Shown: positions 31,999-44,354 of the stretch, piece by piece
Numbering within the stretch: the stretch's first letter is position 1
Layout: every line of letters begins with the position of its first letter
Source: Nostoc sp. DedSLP01
Lineage (GTDB): Bacteria > Cyanobacteriota > Cyanobacteriia > Cyanobacteriales > Nostocaceae
Assembly (NCBI GenBank): GCA_034530875.2
Contig: JAVRCJ020000003.1
Location: 32,001-96,000, forward strand
Direction of reading: 5' to 3'
Length of the DNA stretch: 64,000 nucleotides
The notes under the pieces: generated by a model
The model's input: only the letters and a program-made list of their open reading frames with translations
Told to the model about the DNA's origin: nothing
The model's database searches: none
Program-made: the position numbers and the translations under genes

Positions 31999-32281
31999 GG
32001 TTAAATTTTGCTGCAAGTAGTATTGGATACTGTTGCACCTTTACTTTTAGTAGCCTGCACTAGGCTATGGCAATCCTATTTGATTGAACAACTTCTCATC
32101 CCCGGAGGGAACTCTTAACAGGAATAGGGAATAGATTTATTCGTATCTCATTTAGGATTGCTATAGCAAGGTAACTGGCAAACAAAGAGTTGATTTATTG
32201 CTGTAAGTCAAAAAAATACTATAAGAATGAATCTAATTCTACTAGTTTGAGTACAATCTTTATCTATAGACTGTATTTCTT

Positions 32282-32479
32282 TTAATTACCTTCTTGATGT
32301 TCATCTGGCTCTTGATTTTCTTCCTTAGGTAACTCATCATCTATATCATAATTATCTCTTTGTTGTATGTAACCCTCACAAAATCTGTGCCATACTTCAC
32401 CGTATTGGCTTTCTAAAAAAAGGTCGATTATTCGTACAAGCTCGGAATAGTCATATTTATTGTGGCGCATATTGTTCAT
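32282..32479 (-). CDS. Small acidic hypothetical protein
   Basis: 65-aa ORF with plausible composition; no recognised motif. Confidence 0.35.
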   Translation of the reverse strand: MNNMRHNKYDYSELVRIIDLFLESQYGEVWHRFCEGYIQQRDNYDIDDELPKEENQEPDEHQEGN

Positions 32480-33601
32480 TAGGGAATTTAAGATTTTTAT
32501 AGCGAAATTAAATCGACATATTTGATAGTAGCTTAGTTAAAACAAATTTTCTATTAAGCACAAAAGACCTCAACTTTGTCTAGAAAATAAAAGGTCTAAA
32601 ATCAGAGGATCGCTTAAAAAATTATTCAAAATACTTTAATTTTTTTTCAATAACATAAATATTTACTTATGTATATAGTCAACTCTAGTAAAAGGATAGC
32701 AAAAATACTTGCTGTCTAAACAATACTTTAGAGAGTATTTATTCAGCCTCGTTATTGAACCCTGTTTTAGCTATATCCTGAGGTTAGACCAAAAATGTGA
32801 GGATTTTGTGAGGAGCTAACTTAGGTATGACTTAATCCTGTTTTATCACTCTGAGAAAACAAAAATAAGAGCAAAATTTCCAACTGTAGATATGACGGGT
32901 ATTTGAGCGTTTATTTTCTAACACAATCCCTGAAATTAAGGTTTTGGTAAAACTCTCATCCCGTAGGAATTCCAGATTATTCTCTCCCGAAAGTCATAAA
33001 AGAGGGTTAATCTTGAAGAATTGCTGTTAGACTCTCCACAAGCTGCTTAAATTTTTCTTCTATCATTCCAAGTACAAGACGTAGAAGATGCCGAAATTCT
33101 ACCTTGTTCATTCTCTCTTTCCTGTGCCGGATTAAATCGCTTTTTTGGGTTTTGATAGTTAAGTCAAGAATTTTGACTTTTCTAATTAGTGGGTTTTTTT
33201 GATTTTAAGCTTTTAAATATTCCTAAATTAGCTGATGAATAATCCAAATTATATCATGCTAATCCTAGCAATACCCCTGTAAAAAATTCTTTTATAAAAA
33301 TTTAATTCATCTCCAGGCAATAAAATAAAGCGATCGCTTTTATCAAAATCCTGTTTAAATTCCGAAAATACTTGTGTGGTGAGCGGGTGAGCGTTCGCGT
33401 TGGCCAAGCCTCTCGTAGAGAAGGGCAGGGCAAGCGCGATAGGGAAGGAACTCTTAACAGCAAAGCAGGTAAGTATAAATGTAGTAATTCTTTTCAAAAA
33501 TAAAATATTCATCCTATATTTTCTCTAATTACTCTACAATTTTGAGCCATTACTAGCAATGAGTAATAACTAAATTAACTGATGGCTATCCCTTACACCC
33601 C

Positions 33602-34300
33602 TTAAAAGGATGTGATTCCGGTAGATTTTTTTTGATATTCAATCCGTACTTGTTTAACCTTAATTTGTTCGGATATTAAAAACTCAAGTTTTTCTACTTG
33701 CTGCAATCCCAAGCTTTCAAAGCGCGCTAATTCCAAATTAGATAACGGCCAAGGTGGACCGCTTGGTTCAAGTTCTGTATCCCGAATACGAGTGATTAAT
33801 AAAAGCGTACCACCAGGAGCAACAACAGAGGTAACTGAAGAAATAACTGAATAACGCACATTCAAAGGTAGAGCTTGAATGTTGCGGCATTCAAAAACAA
33901 AGTCAAAGGCTTGATGCCATTGTGAGGGAAGTGCAAATAAATCTGCAACTAGATAGCTGACATTTGAATCAGGAAATCGCTGCTGACACCAAGCGATCGC
34001 TGTTGGTGAAATATCAAAAGCGGTTACCTCAAATCCAAGTATCGCTAAAGCTTCTGCATCATCTCCCAAACCACAACCAATTACTAGTGCCTTTTGCCCA
34101 GAAGCGAATGGTTGATTATCGTTCAACCAATCTTGTAGATAAGGATGAGGAGCTAACTTAGCCCAAGGAATTTGTGCGGCGTCACCTTGAGCTTCGGCAT
34201 ATAAAACTTCAAACCATGCTGATGGTTGTGATTTCTCTAAAGCTTCTGTAGCTAAGTTTTGAACGCGAAGCTGTAAATTTTCTGGTTGTTGTTCAAACAT
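33602..34300 (-). CDS. Class I SAM-dependent methyltransferase (TPMT-like)
   Basis: ALVIGCGLGDDA, FDISPTAI and SGPPWPL motifs. Confidence 0.85.
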   Translation of the reverse strand: MFEQQPENLQLRVQNLATEALEKSQPSAWFEVLYAEAQGDAAQIPWAKLAPHPYLQDWLNDNQPFASGQKALVIGCGLGDDAEALAILGFEVTAFDISPTAIAWCQQRFPDSNVSYLVADLFALPSQWHQAFDFVFECRNIQALPLNVRYSVISSVTSVVAPGGTLLLITRIRDTELEPSGPPWPLSNLELARFESLGLQQVEKLEFLISEQIKVKQVRIEYQKKSTGITSF

Positions 34301-34552
34301 AAAGACTGATGATACTCTCTGGGGGTCGCGAGTCAGAACTAATTACAAAAAACATTTTTAGCTTTGTTGACAATTATCGCTTCCGGTAGAAAAATCCACA
34401 AAACATTAGCGATCGCCGTTGCATTTTTAAATAGCCTTGACTGATACCAATTCTCCATGAATATGCACTAAATTACTAGAAACAGAATAACCGCGCTAAT
34501 ACCTACGCTCAAGCTGATATAGAGTTTATACAAAAGTTGAAAGTTAATCTTC

Positions 34553-35665
34553 TCAACCAACAATATTAGCTACTTCCTGGCAAATAGTCGTAGGCTCAAA
34601 AGGTTTCGCAACTACTCCGGTAATTCCCATCTGGGCAAAGTGAGCGCGATCGCTTGGTAAAACTTTAGCTGTGAGTAGAATTACAGGTATAGATTGAGTT
34701 GCGGAATTTGCCTGAAGTTGCTCGTACACTGCAAACCCGTCCATGTTAGGCATAGACACATCAAGCAGAATCGCATCAATGGCTTGTGCCTCAGCGATAG
34801 TTAAACATTCCATCCCTGATGCAGCCGTCAGCGTATCCCATCCGCCCAAATCTTCTAAACAAGCCGATCGCCCAATCAGCGATGCAACTGAATCGAGATG
34901 ATGGTCGTCTACCCATCTTTGGCTGACAATTAAATAGCGCATATCGCGATCGAACATCGCAATCCCAGCAGGTGCATACTGGACAAATAGGCGTAAGGTT
35001 GTTTCCCTCTCGTGCAAAGCACTTTTAAAGGATTCTAGGTTCTCTTCATCAATACATAAATCGTTAATTTGGAGTGGTAAGATAGCCATCCACTCGGGTA
35101 CAACCGATTCCACAACAACTCTTCCGCCCCGGTCTGAAGAAAATTGGAAAATAGTCACGCGATCGCACGTTAAAAACTGCCGTACTTCATCGACCGTAGT
35201 TTGTAAAATATTTTGTAAATTCAGCGATGGTCGAATCCCCTGTGCGATTCTCATCACTAAGCCTTGTTGCTCGAATTGCTGTTGCAATTGTTCGGCATTT
35301 TCCAGAGCTAATTTTTGAGCTAGTTGTTTAACCTTGTGTTTACTTTTAACTACATTGCTAGTCAGCAGATTAATTATTAATGCTACCGATAGGAAAAAGC
35401 CTAGCTGCAATATATCTTCTGGTTGAGAGGTAAAAATTTGATATTCGGGGGAAATCAAAAAATAATCAATTGCCAGCGTTGAAAGGATGACTGTAACTAT
35501 CCCTGGATGAAAACCACCATAGAGAGTACTGACAATAATAGCTATATAAAAAAAAGCATCTATAGTTCGAGATATCAGTGATTCTAACCAAAGTGTGAAT
35601 AACAAAGCGATCGCACTTGAGCCAATAGCAACGCTATAGGGCAATAATCGCAGATAAAATCTCAT
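34553..35665 (-). pseudogene. Internally deleted sensor/response-regulator fusion (DUF4118 TM, partial GAF, partial PAS, N-truncated REC)
   Basis: GAF stops after QINDLCIDEENLESFK; PAS stops at SLIGRS; REC begins mid-domain at ACLEDLGGW; no kinase core. Confidence 0.6.
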
Positions 35666-35964
35666 AATTTTTGATTTTTACTAGCCCTAGCTTGATATTA
35701 CACTGATTTTGGGGCTTTGACGCGCTCGGGCACTTTGAATGGAATGCGGATCGGTGAGACAACTGTAATCCATTAACTATCGGCATCTCTAGTTCTAGCA
35801 ACAGTAGATTTGACGATGTTACGATTAATACTTGTCAAAATTAGCGATCGCTCATTCCCAACCAAAATTGTAGAAAAAGCGATCGCTCTCATTACTATAT
35901 AGATATAGGATAGATATAGGACTTAATTCTTCAGTTCAGCTAACTATTCTCATTTAACAAAATA

Positions 35965-36456
35965 TTAAATTTGATAACAAGCCGTCAAAGCCACTGCTAA
36001 AGCATCAGCAGCATCATCTGGCTTGGGAATCTCATCTAAATCCAACTCCCGCGCCACCGCTTCTTGCACTTCAGACTTATCGGCATTGCCATATCCTGTT
36101 AAAGCTTGTTTAATTTGAGCAGGAGTAAACTCCATATAAGGAAGCCGACGTTGCCCCAAGACTAACATAATTACACCCCGCGCCTGTGCAACCAAGATAG
36201 TGCTTGACATACGATAGAAGAATAATTTCTCGATCGCCACTAAATCTGGTTGAAATTCCTCAATTACAGTGTGTAAATCATCAAACAAGGTACACAGCCG
36301 CTGTCCCATTTCTACATCTGCTGAAGTTTTGATTACTCCAAAATCCAGCATATTTACTGTGGTCTGTTGCAGCTTGTTAGGAATTTGCGTGCAACTAATT
36401 GCCCCAAATCCTAAAATTGCCAGTCCTGGATCTAATCCTAAAATTCGTTTTTCCAT
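35965..36456 (-). CDS. ruvC: Crossover junction endodeoxyribonuclease RuvC
   Basis: [23 protein letters not shown] and [10 protein letters not shown]; true start is Met51 of the track ORF. Confidence 0.95.
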   Translation of the reverse strand: MEKRILGLDPGLAILGFGAISCTQIPNKLQQTTVNMLDFGVIKTSADVEMGQRLCTLFDDLHTVIEEFQPDLVAIEKLFFYRMSSTILVAQARGVIMLVLGQRRLPYMEFTPAQIKQALTGYGNADKSEVQEAVARELDLDEIPKPDDAADALAVALTACYQI

Positions 36457-36956
36457 TCTTACCAAAAAGGGGGTGTCGGGTGTAGGGTGTAGGGGAAAAA
36501 CTAAAATTCCCGCACCAAGGGAGGGCACAAGCCCTAGAACGCTCGTCATGAAAAGAGTGTAGGGATTATCTACCAAAACTAGTACAGCAAGCGTGGAAAT
36601 AAACATACCATTTGAAATGCCTAAAACCCTTACACAACATTAATTACGTTAGCGTAGCGGGGCGTAGCCCATTACGAATTACACGAAGCAGTACTAGGGT
36701 GTAGCTGAGTGGGTATAGTGTAATTTAACAACGATTAACAATCGCGTTGATTCCCCAACCTTTAAACGCCGAACAGATTGAATTTTTGATGCCATAAGTT
36801 CGATCGAGTTATTCCTCCACCCCACACCCTTTTAATAACTTGCTTTTAGCCCTATAGGATTGAAAAATATAATAGTTTGACACTTCGTGTTTAAAACCAA
36901 GTGGTGTTGATTTTCTGTTAATTATTAGTTTGTAGCACTGCTGTGAATCATCAGGT

Positions 36957-38327
36957 ATGTCAATTGGTTTTCTCAGACAAGCCCTCAACGCCCTGCGAAA
37001 GCAGTCGCCCTCTCGTACTTCCTATCGGGTTAATCAGTGGTTTAAATGGTTATCCCCCGGATTATCGATTAAACGTTGGTTCCTAATCAGTATTGGAGGT
37101 GTAGTGCTAGCGATTTTGGGGTTAGCTATTTGGGTTAAGCTGACCCCAATTTTTTTAACGATTGAGTTGATTAGGAGCTTCCTGGGAGTAATCACCGAGA
37201 TCTTACCCAACTATATTAGCGGGCCTTTGGTGCTGCTCGGTGGCTTGCTGTTGCTGCTTTGGGGGCAAACTCGCACCGTCGGCTCAATTACTAAGGTATT
37301 AAGAACCGATCATGAAGAGGAACTGATTGATGTTTTGCTGGCGCACCGTAGATTATACCGAGGGCCAAAAATAGTAGTCATTGGTGGTGGTACGGGGCTT
37401 TCTACGTTATTGAGGGGATTAAAAACTTACAGTGCTAATATTACTGCGATCGTCACTGTAGCAGATGATGGTGGATCTTCTGGGCGATTGCGCCAGGAAT
37501 TTGGCGTGCTACCACCAGGAGATATTCGCAATTGTTTAGCAGCCTTAGCAGATGAAGAAAAGTTATTAACGGAATTATTTCAATATCGCTTTCGTGCTGG
37601 AGATGGGTTGACTGGTCATAGTTTTGGCAACTTGTTTTTAACAGCAATGAGTGAAATTACTGGAGATTTAGAACGCGCAGTTGCAGCTAGTTCTAAAGTG
37701 TTAGCTGTGCGGGGACAAGTACTACCAGCAACTTTGAGTGATGTTCGCCTTTGGGCAGAATTAGCCGACGGCCGCCGCATTGAAGGAGAGTCAAATATTC
37801 CCAAAGCTGGCGGCAAAATTGTCAAAATTGGCTGTATTCCGGCTAATCCCCCAGCCATACCAGCAGTTATTAAAGCCCTTAAAGAAGCAGACTACATTAT
37901 TATTGGCCCGGGTAGCCTGTATACTAGCCTGATTCCGAATTTATTGGTACCAGAAATTGCCGATGCGATCGCCAAAGCCAAGGTTCCCCGTATCTATATC
38001 TGCAATATAATGACTCAACCAGGAGAAACTGAAGGATATACTGTTGCGGATCACATCCGAGCAATTGACGCTGCTTGTCAGCAAAGACAGCTATTTGATG
38101 CCGTACTCGTACAAAAAAGATCCCCCTCCGAACAATCACTCATCCGCTACGCGCAACAAAATTCCCATCCCGTTTTCCTAGATAGAGAAGCTGTAATTGA
38201 GCTAGGACGGCGAATTGTGCCAGCTAATGTTTTATACGAAGATGACATAGGTATAATCCGCCACAATCCCCAAAAATTAGCCCGAGTTTTATTGCGCTGG
38301 TACGGTAGAGCGAATCAAGGAAAATAG
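36957..38327 (+). CDS. YvcK/UPF0052 family protein with N-terminal TM helices
   Basis: [28 protein letters not shown] and GPGSLYTS motifs. Confidence 0.92.
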   Translation: MSIGFLRQALNALRKQSPSRTSYRVNQWFKWLSPGLSIKRWFLISIGGVVLAILGLAIWVKLTPIFLTIELIRSFLGVITEILPNYISGPLVLLGGLLLLLWGQTRTVGSITKVLRTDHEEELIDVLLAHRRLYRGPKIVVIGGGTGLSTLLRGLKTYSANITAIVTVADDGGSSGRLRQEFGVLPPGDIRNCLAALADEEKLLTELFQYRFRAGDGLTGHSFGNLFLTAMSEITGDLERAVAASSKVLAVRGQVLPATLSDVRLWAELADGRRIEGESNIPKAGGKIVKIGCIPANPPAIPAVIKALKEADYIIIGPGSLYTSLIPNLLVPEIADAIAKAKVPRIYICNIMTQPGETEGYTVADHIRAIDAACQQRQLFDAVLVQKRSPSEQSLIRYAQQNSHPVFLDREAVIELGRRIVPANVLYEDDIGIIRHNPQKLARVLLRWYGRANQGK

Positions 38328-38424
38328 TCATTGGTCATTGGTCATTGGTCATTGGTCATTGGTCATTGGTCATTAGTCATTGGTCATTAGTCATTGGTCA
38401 TTGGTCATTGGTCATTAGTCATTA
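38327..38424 (+). repeat. STRR heptamer array (GTCATTR) x14
   Basis: Read directly from the sequence. Confidence 0.95.
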
Positions 38425-38454
38425 ATTTTTCTCCCCTGCCCCCTCTGCCCAATT

Positions 38455-38910
38455 ATGAAAATTCTTCTTCCAGACCCACAAGCAACGCTACGTTTAGGTA
38501 TTACTCTCGGTGAATCCCTAAGCGCTGGTAGTGTAATTTTACTAGAAGGTGATTTAGGTGCTGGTAAAACTACTTTAGTCCAAGGTATTGGCAAAGGTTT
38601 GGGAATTAGCGAACCGATTGTCAGTCCGACTTTTACCTTGATTAATGAGTATACTGAAGGACGCCTGCCCCTTTACCATTTGGATTTATATCGCCTAGAA
38701 CCCCAAGAAGTTCTCAGCCTGAATTTAGAAAGTTACTGGGAAGGCGTTGAGGTTACACCAGGAATTGTGGCTATTGAATGGGCAGAACGAATGCCTTACA
38801 AGCCAGATAACTATTTGAATATAAGTTTGATACATACAGACCAAGGCGAGCGCCAAGTCGAAATCATAGCATTCAATTGTGCAATTGATAAAATCATTGC
38901 CGCTATTTAA
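38455..38910 (+). CDS. tsaE: tRNA t6A biosynthesis ATPase TsaE
   Basis: GDLGAGKT, SPTF, HLDLYRL and IEWAE motifs. Confidence 0.95.
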   Translation: MKILLPDPQATLRLGITLGESLSAGSVILLEGDLGAGKTTLVQGIGKGLGISEPIVSPTFTLINEYTEGRLPLYHLDLYRLEPQEVLSLNLESYWEGVEVTPGIVAIEWAERMPYKPDNYLNISLIHTDQGERQVEIIAFNCAIDKIIAAI

Positions 38911-39654
38911 GTAACTAGAATTGAGAATTCTAACTCCTGAGTTAGGAAAAACTCTACATTTGTTCTATCTGCCGCTACCACGTTCGCCACTGTCAATTAC
39001 TAACATTGTTATCTCAACTAAAAATAAACGATAAAATTTTTCAACAGCAGATATACGGTTCAGTTAGAGAGCAAAACACAACAGACAAGCACGTTGAATG
39101 ATAATACAATTCGGTTAGCTTTTTTAATCCGAAGGCATTGAACCTACAGCGCTTTTTACCAAACAATATTGATAAATTCAGAATTAATATTTACTAGCTT
39201 TATTGCTGAAAAGTCAGTTAAAAACCTAATTTGATAGTTTATAAATCAAGCGAATGCAAACTGTTGTTGGGTAAAATGGTAATTTTGATAAAACTTAGTA
39301 AATTTTACTTAACGAGATTATTTCTCCACTATCATCTTGAGAAATAACCTAAATATTTAGCAGCTAAAGCTAGTACAGAAAAGTTAAACAACAATCTATT
39401 TTTTATAAGTCGTCTCACTTCTCCTGAGACTTAGTATTCCCAAATTAAATAAAAAATATATACACAAAAATAAAAACTACTTTATATTTTTTAATTAGTT
39501 TTAACTAACAATAAAATATTATATTTACATCTGTAAATAGCGCTATATCCGAATATAAATAAGTCATTATTATCGTATTTCTACATAAAAGAGCGTAGAA
39601 ATACGATAAATATTAGAAGAACTTGGTTGACATTGATATACCTACGTAGATGCA

Positions 39655-40833
39655 CTAGTTATCTCTAATAAAAGAGGCGATCGCCTTTCTCACCTGCGGC
39701 CCGTTTCCATCTCTGGTATAGTAACTATAGCCTTTGTCAATAAAAGCAGATGTCGTATCTATTAATTGCTCGATAATCTCTTTTTGAGCATTATCCATTT
39801 CTTCATTAACATTTTGATTCGTAAACTGATTTTTTCGCTCCTTTTGCTGCAATAAAATCCGGCTGTCTTTATCAGTTTCATTTGGCTTGGCTTTAAATCT
39901 TTCGTTTAAGTCAAATTGCAAGCGTAAGTAACGTTTGGAATTATATCCACCCATAATTTGCCGACAAATTGTACTATCAATTTCAGATGTAGGCTCCATA
40001 AAAATATCAATTAGATGTTGCGCCCAATCTAAGCCTTTCCAGGTTTTTACTTGTTGGTATTGATATGGTTCGCCAGTTTGACCAGTACCAATAGAAAGTA
40101 TGGATACATCTTCTAAACGCAAATTATCCAGTTTATATTGTTGCTTAATTGTTTGAGGAACTAAAGTAGATTGACTTACTCTCAAAACTAGACTCAGCGC
40201 GGCTAAAGAAGGGTTATTAGCGCTCACACCTCCATCAATATGTGGGAATACCCAATCACCAAATTTATTTTTGTCAACACACTCTAATTTATAGGGCGGA
40301 AAGAAAGTAGGAGCTGAGGCAGAAGCGGTGCATATCTCCCATAAATAACAGTCATCATACCATCTGTCTCCTAAATCGGGATGGCAATTTGTAAAAAAAG
40401 TGGTATTACGATAAAGTGTATCGTAAGCCAGAATTAAAATAATGGGGTCTTGAATATCTTTAATTCTTTGATTTTTATATGCATCTTGAAGGACATTAAT
40501 AATACCATCATGAGAATATTTAGGTGGCGAGAATATATCTAAAATAGCTTTAATAATAGACGGCATTTTTTTGTAGCGGTCTTTTACATTTTGCGGGAAT
40601 ATATCTTTACCTCTCTCTCGATAAAGCTTCATTAGTTCATAGCTATCTTTACCTACAGCAATCCCTGCTGTTAATATTGAGCCAGTAGAAGTGCCTGCAA
40701 TCATATCAAAGTATTCGTGTAAAAAGTCTGCTTTCCCCTGACTTCTAATTTCTTGCTCTACTTCTTGAAGTATCCGTGCTGTAATAACTCCGCGAATACC
40801 ACCGCCATCTAAACTAAGAATTTTGAACGACAT
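39655..40833 (-). CDS. Patatin-like phospholipase
   Basis: DGGGIRG, GTSTG, SASAPTFF and DGGV motifs. Confidence 0.92.
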   Translation of the reverse strand: MSFKILSLDGGGIRGVITARILQEVEQEIRSQGKADFLHEYFDMIAGTSTGSILTAGIAVGKDSYELMKLYRERGKDIFPQNVKDRYKKMPSIIKAILDIFSPPKYSHDGIINVLQDAYKNQRIKDIQDPIILILAYDTLYRNTTFFTNCHPDLGDRWYDDCYLWEICTASASAPTFFPPYKLECVDKNKFGDWVFPHIDGGVSANNPSLAALSLVLRVSQSTLVPQTIKQQYKLDNLRLEDVSILSIGTGQTGEPYQYQQVKTWKGLDWAQHLIDIFMEPTSEIDSTICRQIMGGYNSKRYLRLQFDLNERFKAKPNETDKDSRILLQQKERKNQFTNQNVNEEMDNAQKEIIEQLIDTTSAFIDKGYSYYTRDGNGPQVRKAIASFIRDN

Positions 40834-40958
40834 AAATAGTAATTCTCCTTGATTTTCTAATTCTGAATTCAGAATTTGTAATTAAGTCGCTGTTAGAAAT
40901 TTGTGATTTTAACCCACAACTACTTAAAGTCAAAAGGGTAAAGAAACGGATATTCACT

Positions 40959-41879
40959 AGACCTCTTGCAAAAGTCACTTAGGTAAATTCGGTTTGGGAG
41001 AGATGAAGCTCGTAATTGTAGAGAGCAGCAATCAAATTAAACCTCAAACTAAATCTTTTTCGACGATTTCTATAAGTGAGGGACAAAATTTTAAATCCCT
41101 TCAGCTTCCGATTTACATGCTCACCTAAAACTCTGATTTGGGCTAATTTTTGATTACTCTTTTTATCCTCACAACTTAACTTACTTCCTCTAGGCTTTTT
41201 TTTAGGAATTTGACTATTGCTATGTAGCTTTTGAATACCTTGATAACCTTTATCTCCCAAGCATTTTATGTCTCCTCGCAACCTAACTTTACTATTTTTA
41301 AATATCCGAAAATCATGCTCTCTACCCTTACCATGAGCGGTACAGATGATTTGACCATTCGCTTGGTCTACTACTACCTGTGACTTCAATGTATGCTGTT
41401 TCTTTTTCCCACTATAGAACTTTTTTTGTTTTTTTTAGGACGTTCAATTGGACTTTCTGTTACATCAACTACTACCACTTCTAATTGATAATTAGAAGTA
41501 GTCAGCTTTTTCTTCCCTGGCAGTGTGAACGCCCTCGATTTAGTCAGCATATCTTCTATTTTTCTGATAATTCTGTATGCCGTAGACTCATTTACTCTCC
41601 AAGATTGACCTATATGGAAGTATGTCCGGTATTCTCTCCAATATTCTAATGTCATTAACAATTGGTCTTCCAAGCTTAATTTACCTGGTCTTCCTGTTTT
41701 TTGTTTTAGCTGACTTTGCGATCGCACTATCTCTAACATCTCGTTAAAAGTCTCTGGACGTACACCACACAAGCGTTTAAAGTCTTCTGACTTCAGGCTC
41801 TTTACCTGTTCGTAGGTCATTTATGCTACCCAACTCTCACTTACTTGTCCCATGCATCTAGGACTTTTGCAAGAGGTCT
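40959..41879 (-). mobile_element. IS5-family (ISL2/IS702-like) insertion sequence; transposase in two ORFs (41386-41820, 40979-41389) joined by an A-tract frameshift
   Basis: Perfect 18-bp terminal inverted repeats AGACCTCTTGCAAAAGTC (40959-40976, 41862-41879); HTH region, DVTE and GDKGYQG motifs; A8-C-A7-G tract near 41420-41437. Confidence 0.92.
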
Positions 41880-41948
41880 CTTCATCAGCTGTCATCAAAT
41901 TGAGAAAATTGTTAGCTGAAAAACAAGCTCTGCCAAAAGCACAGGATA

Positions 41949-42310
41949 ATGACTCTGAAATATTTGCTGGATGAAAATGTTGCTCCTCTTTACCAGATTC
42001 AACTCAAACGGCAAAAACGCGATTTAATTGTTTGGGTAGTTGGCGATGCTGGTACTCCTCCTAAAAGCACATTAGATCCAGAAATATTATGCTGGTGTGA
42101 GGAATACGATTTTATTTTGGTAACAAATAACCGCAGATCTATGCCTGTACATTTAGCTGAACATATTGCCCAAGGGCGTAATGTACCAGGTATTTTTATT
42201 TTGAGTGAAAATTAACTATAGGTCAGACTATTAATCAATTAATTTTAATTGCTGAAGCCTCTTTTGATAACGAATATCAAAACCAAATTTTTAATTTACC
42301 ACTATTTTAA
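41949..42310 (+). pseudogene. DUF5615 PIN-like toxin, frameshifted near the 3' end
   Basis: KYLLDENV...DPEIL...LVTNNR; after the stop at 42215 another frame continues TIGQTINQLILIAEASFDNEYQNQI to a stop at 42310. Confidence 0.7.
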
Positions 42311-42452
42311 TATATGCTTTAGAACAACTAAAACGAAGTGATGAGTATTTTAATTCAATAAGCATTTGAAAAAAATAAACTCCCCGACTTCTTAAAAAAT
42401 CGGGGATTTATCTTACAGCCAAAAGTCAACAATTTAGAACTGCTATCTTGTC

Positions 42453-42923
42453 CTATGGCTTTTTCACAGCTTCAACTTTTGCTTCTACCTTCACCGTTTT
42501 CACACCTTGAACTTGCTTCGCTAAAGTTTCAGCTTTTTTGAGTTCATCAACAGAAGCAGCAGTACCTTGGAGGATAATTTCACCCTCTTTATTTTCAACT
42601 TGTAACTTATTTCCTGGTAAATCTTTATTCAACTTTTTGCTGACTTCAGTTTTTAAATCACTTTCAACTTTCGTTGCTGCACTTTTTGGAGAATCGATTT
42701 TAACTTTAGTCTGTGTAGTAGGTATTGGAACCAAAGTTGGTAGTGCTGGAATTTTAATAGTTTTATCAACATTTGGATTTGTTGCGGAGGCTGGTGTTGC
42801 TGGTGCTTGGGACGCTTCATTGGTAGTGTTAGGAGTTTGGGAACCAGTTTTAGCAGTCTCTTGGCAGCCAACAGTACCAATTACCAGAATGCCACTAACT
42901 AAAAATGGAATTAGCTTTTTCAT
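42453..42923 (-). CDS. BON-domain lipoprotein
   Basis: Lipobox TVGC, low-complexity linker, C-terminal IILQGTA...AETLAKQVQGVKTV. Confidence 0.8.
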   Translation of the reverse strand: MKKLIPFLVSGILVIGTVGCQETAKTGSQTPNTTNEASQAPATPASATNPNVDKTIKIPALPTLVPIPTTQTKVKIDSPKSAATKVESDLKTEVSKKLNKDLPGNKLQVENKEGEIILQGTAASVDELKKAETLAKQVQGVKTVKVEAKVEAVKKP

Positions 42924-43433
42924 TATTTATCTCCGAATTCAGTACTTGAAGCGATTAATTAAGCTGTCTGTTGTGGTGAGGAGCAAATGTTAAAAATTTA
43001 TTATTTTTTGTTTACCATTTGTCATCTGTCATTTGTACTTTGCTAACGACTAATGACTGTTGTACAGAGGTAATAAATCACGTCTATGCACAGACGCGAT
43101 TCATCGCATCTCTACAATGGCTAAAATTTTGGAGAATGCACCAACTCAATTTCTTTATGGCTGCTTACTAGCATAGTTCAACATCAGTCTCTAGCTTTTT
43201 CAATTTCCGGTAGATGCTCAATAGCTTTCTTGGAATGAGACGATGCTGCCATATCATCGTGATTTGATGTTATCAGATTTGCAGAAGTTTGGCGATGTCT
43301 ACAACAACCTCGTAGATACAACTCAAAATTTCCGCATTTTTCCAATTCTTTGCCAGCAAAGTTACCAACAAAATGTTAGTTTAAAAAACTATGGCTTGCT
43401 TAAAATGTCCACAATACCAGGAAATATTAGCCA

Positions 43434-44354
43434 ATGCCCTATCTTAGTTCTGCCAGGGAAATTCGCGCCATTGTCGCTGAATATACTCATACTAAAACGC
43501 TGTGGATAGATACAGAAGTGGCTGACTATAAAAGCCGCAATCCCAAGCTGTCGCTGATTCAGGTATTGGACGATCCTGATGATATGAGTGGCGATCGCGT
43601 TTATCTTTTAGATGTCCTAGAGCAGGATAATATTATAGCTGAATTTATTGAAAAAATTATGTTCAATCCTAATATTGAAAAAGTTTTTCATAATGCCAGT
43701 TACGATCTAAAACTTCTCGGTAATAAAAAAGCAAAAAATATTACTTGTACTTTGGAAATGGCCAAGAAAATTCCTTATTATCTGTTGCCATTGCCAAATT
43801 ACCAACTCCAAACCATAGCTACTGCACTGTGTAGTTTTAACAATATCGACAAACAAGAACAACAAAGCGATTGGGGGAAACGTCCCCTTACCGAAGAACA
43901 AATAGAGTATGCTTACCTAGATTGTATTTATCTGGCTCAAATCCACTCGAATTTGTTAAAATTACAAGCCCAAGCTAACCTCGATCCGGCAACAGAAGAT
44001 TTAGGAATACTTAGTGCTAAATACTCGCAACTTGAACAGCAATGGAAGTTATTAAATTCAGAATTCGAGCATTTGCAAGAACGTATCAAAAAAGCTATGC
44101 AAGCCCAGAATATATCTGAAACTCCTGATTACAAGTTGACTAGTTATGAACGTACCACAATCAAAACTACATTTACAGAATTGTTCAATTTAGCACAAAC
44201 TGAAGGTATTGATGTAGATTTTCCCATTACACTAACTCAGAAAATCCAAAAAGATTTAGGGCAAAATCTAGAACAGTTATCTGTAGATGTTGACAAAACT
44301 ACTGCTTGGCGCTTAACTCCTAAAACTCAGGATGCGGAAACGGACAATGATTAA
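43434..44354 (+). CDS. Ribonuclease D-like 3'-5' exonuclease
   Basis: IDTE, VFHNASYDL, SDWGKRPL and YAYLD (DEDDy) motifs. Confidence 0.85.
   Translation: MPYLSSAREIRAIVAEYTHTKTLWIDTEVADYKSRNPKLSLIQVLDDPDDMSGDRVYLLDVLEQDNIIAEFIEKIMFNPNIEKVFHNASYDLKLLGNKKAKNITCTLEMAKKIPYYLLPLPNYQLQTIATALCSFNNIDKQEQQSDWGKRPLTEEQIEYAYLDCIYLAQIHSNLLKLQAQANLDPATEDLGILSAKYSQLEQQWKLLNSEFEHLQERIKKAMQAQNISETPDYKLTSYERTTIKTTFTELFNLAQTEGIDVDFPITLTQKIQKDLGQNLEQLSVDVDKTTAWRLTPKTQDAETDND

Noticed and set aside
4268..32100. Cluster as a recently acquired mobile island
   Set aside because: No integrase, tRNA or att repeats seen, and many cluster genes contain host-type HIP1 sites.
33602..34300. Methyltransferase as part of the biosynthetic cluster
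   Set aside because: Opposite strand, 1.6 kb beyond the last cluster gene, and a common stand-alone family; no evidence of linkage.
35965..36606. 50-aa N-terminal extension of RuvC
   Set aside because: The conserved protein starts at MEKRILG (36456); the extension includes repeat-derived sequence.
39655..40833. Patatin as a CBASS CapV effector
   Set aside because: No CD-NTase or other CBASS gene is recognisable nearby.
42538..42993. Antisense ORFs overlapping real genes (also 11461-11781, 61618-62157 and others)
   Set aside because: Shadow frames of well-supported genes on the opposite strand.
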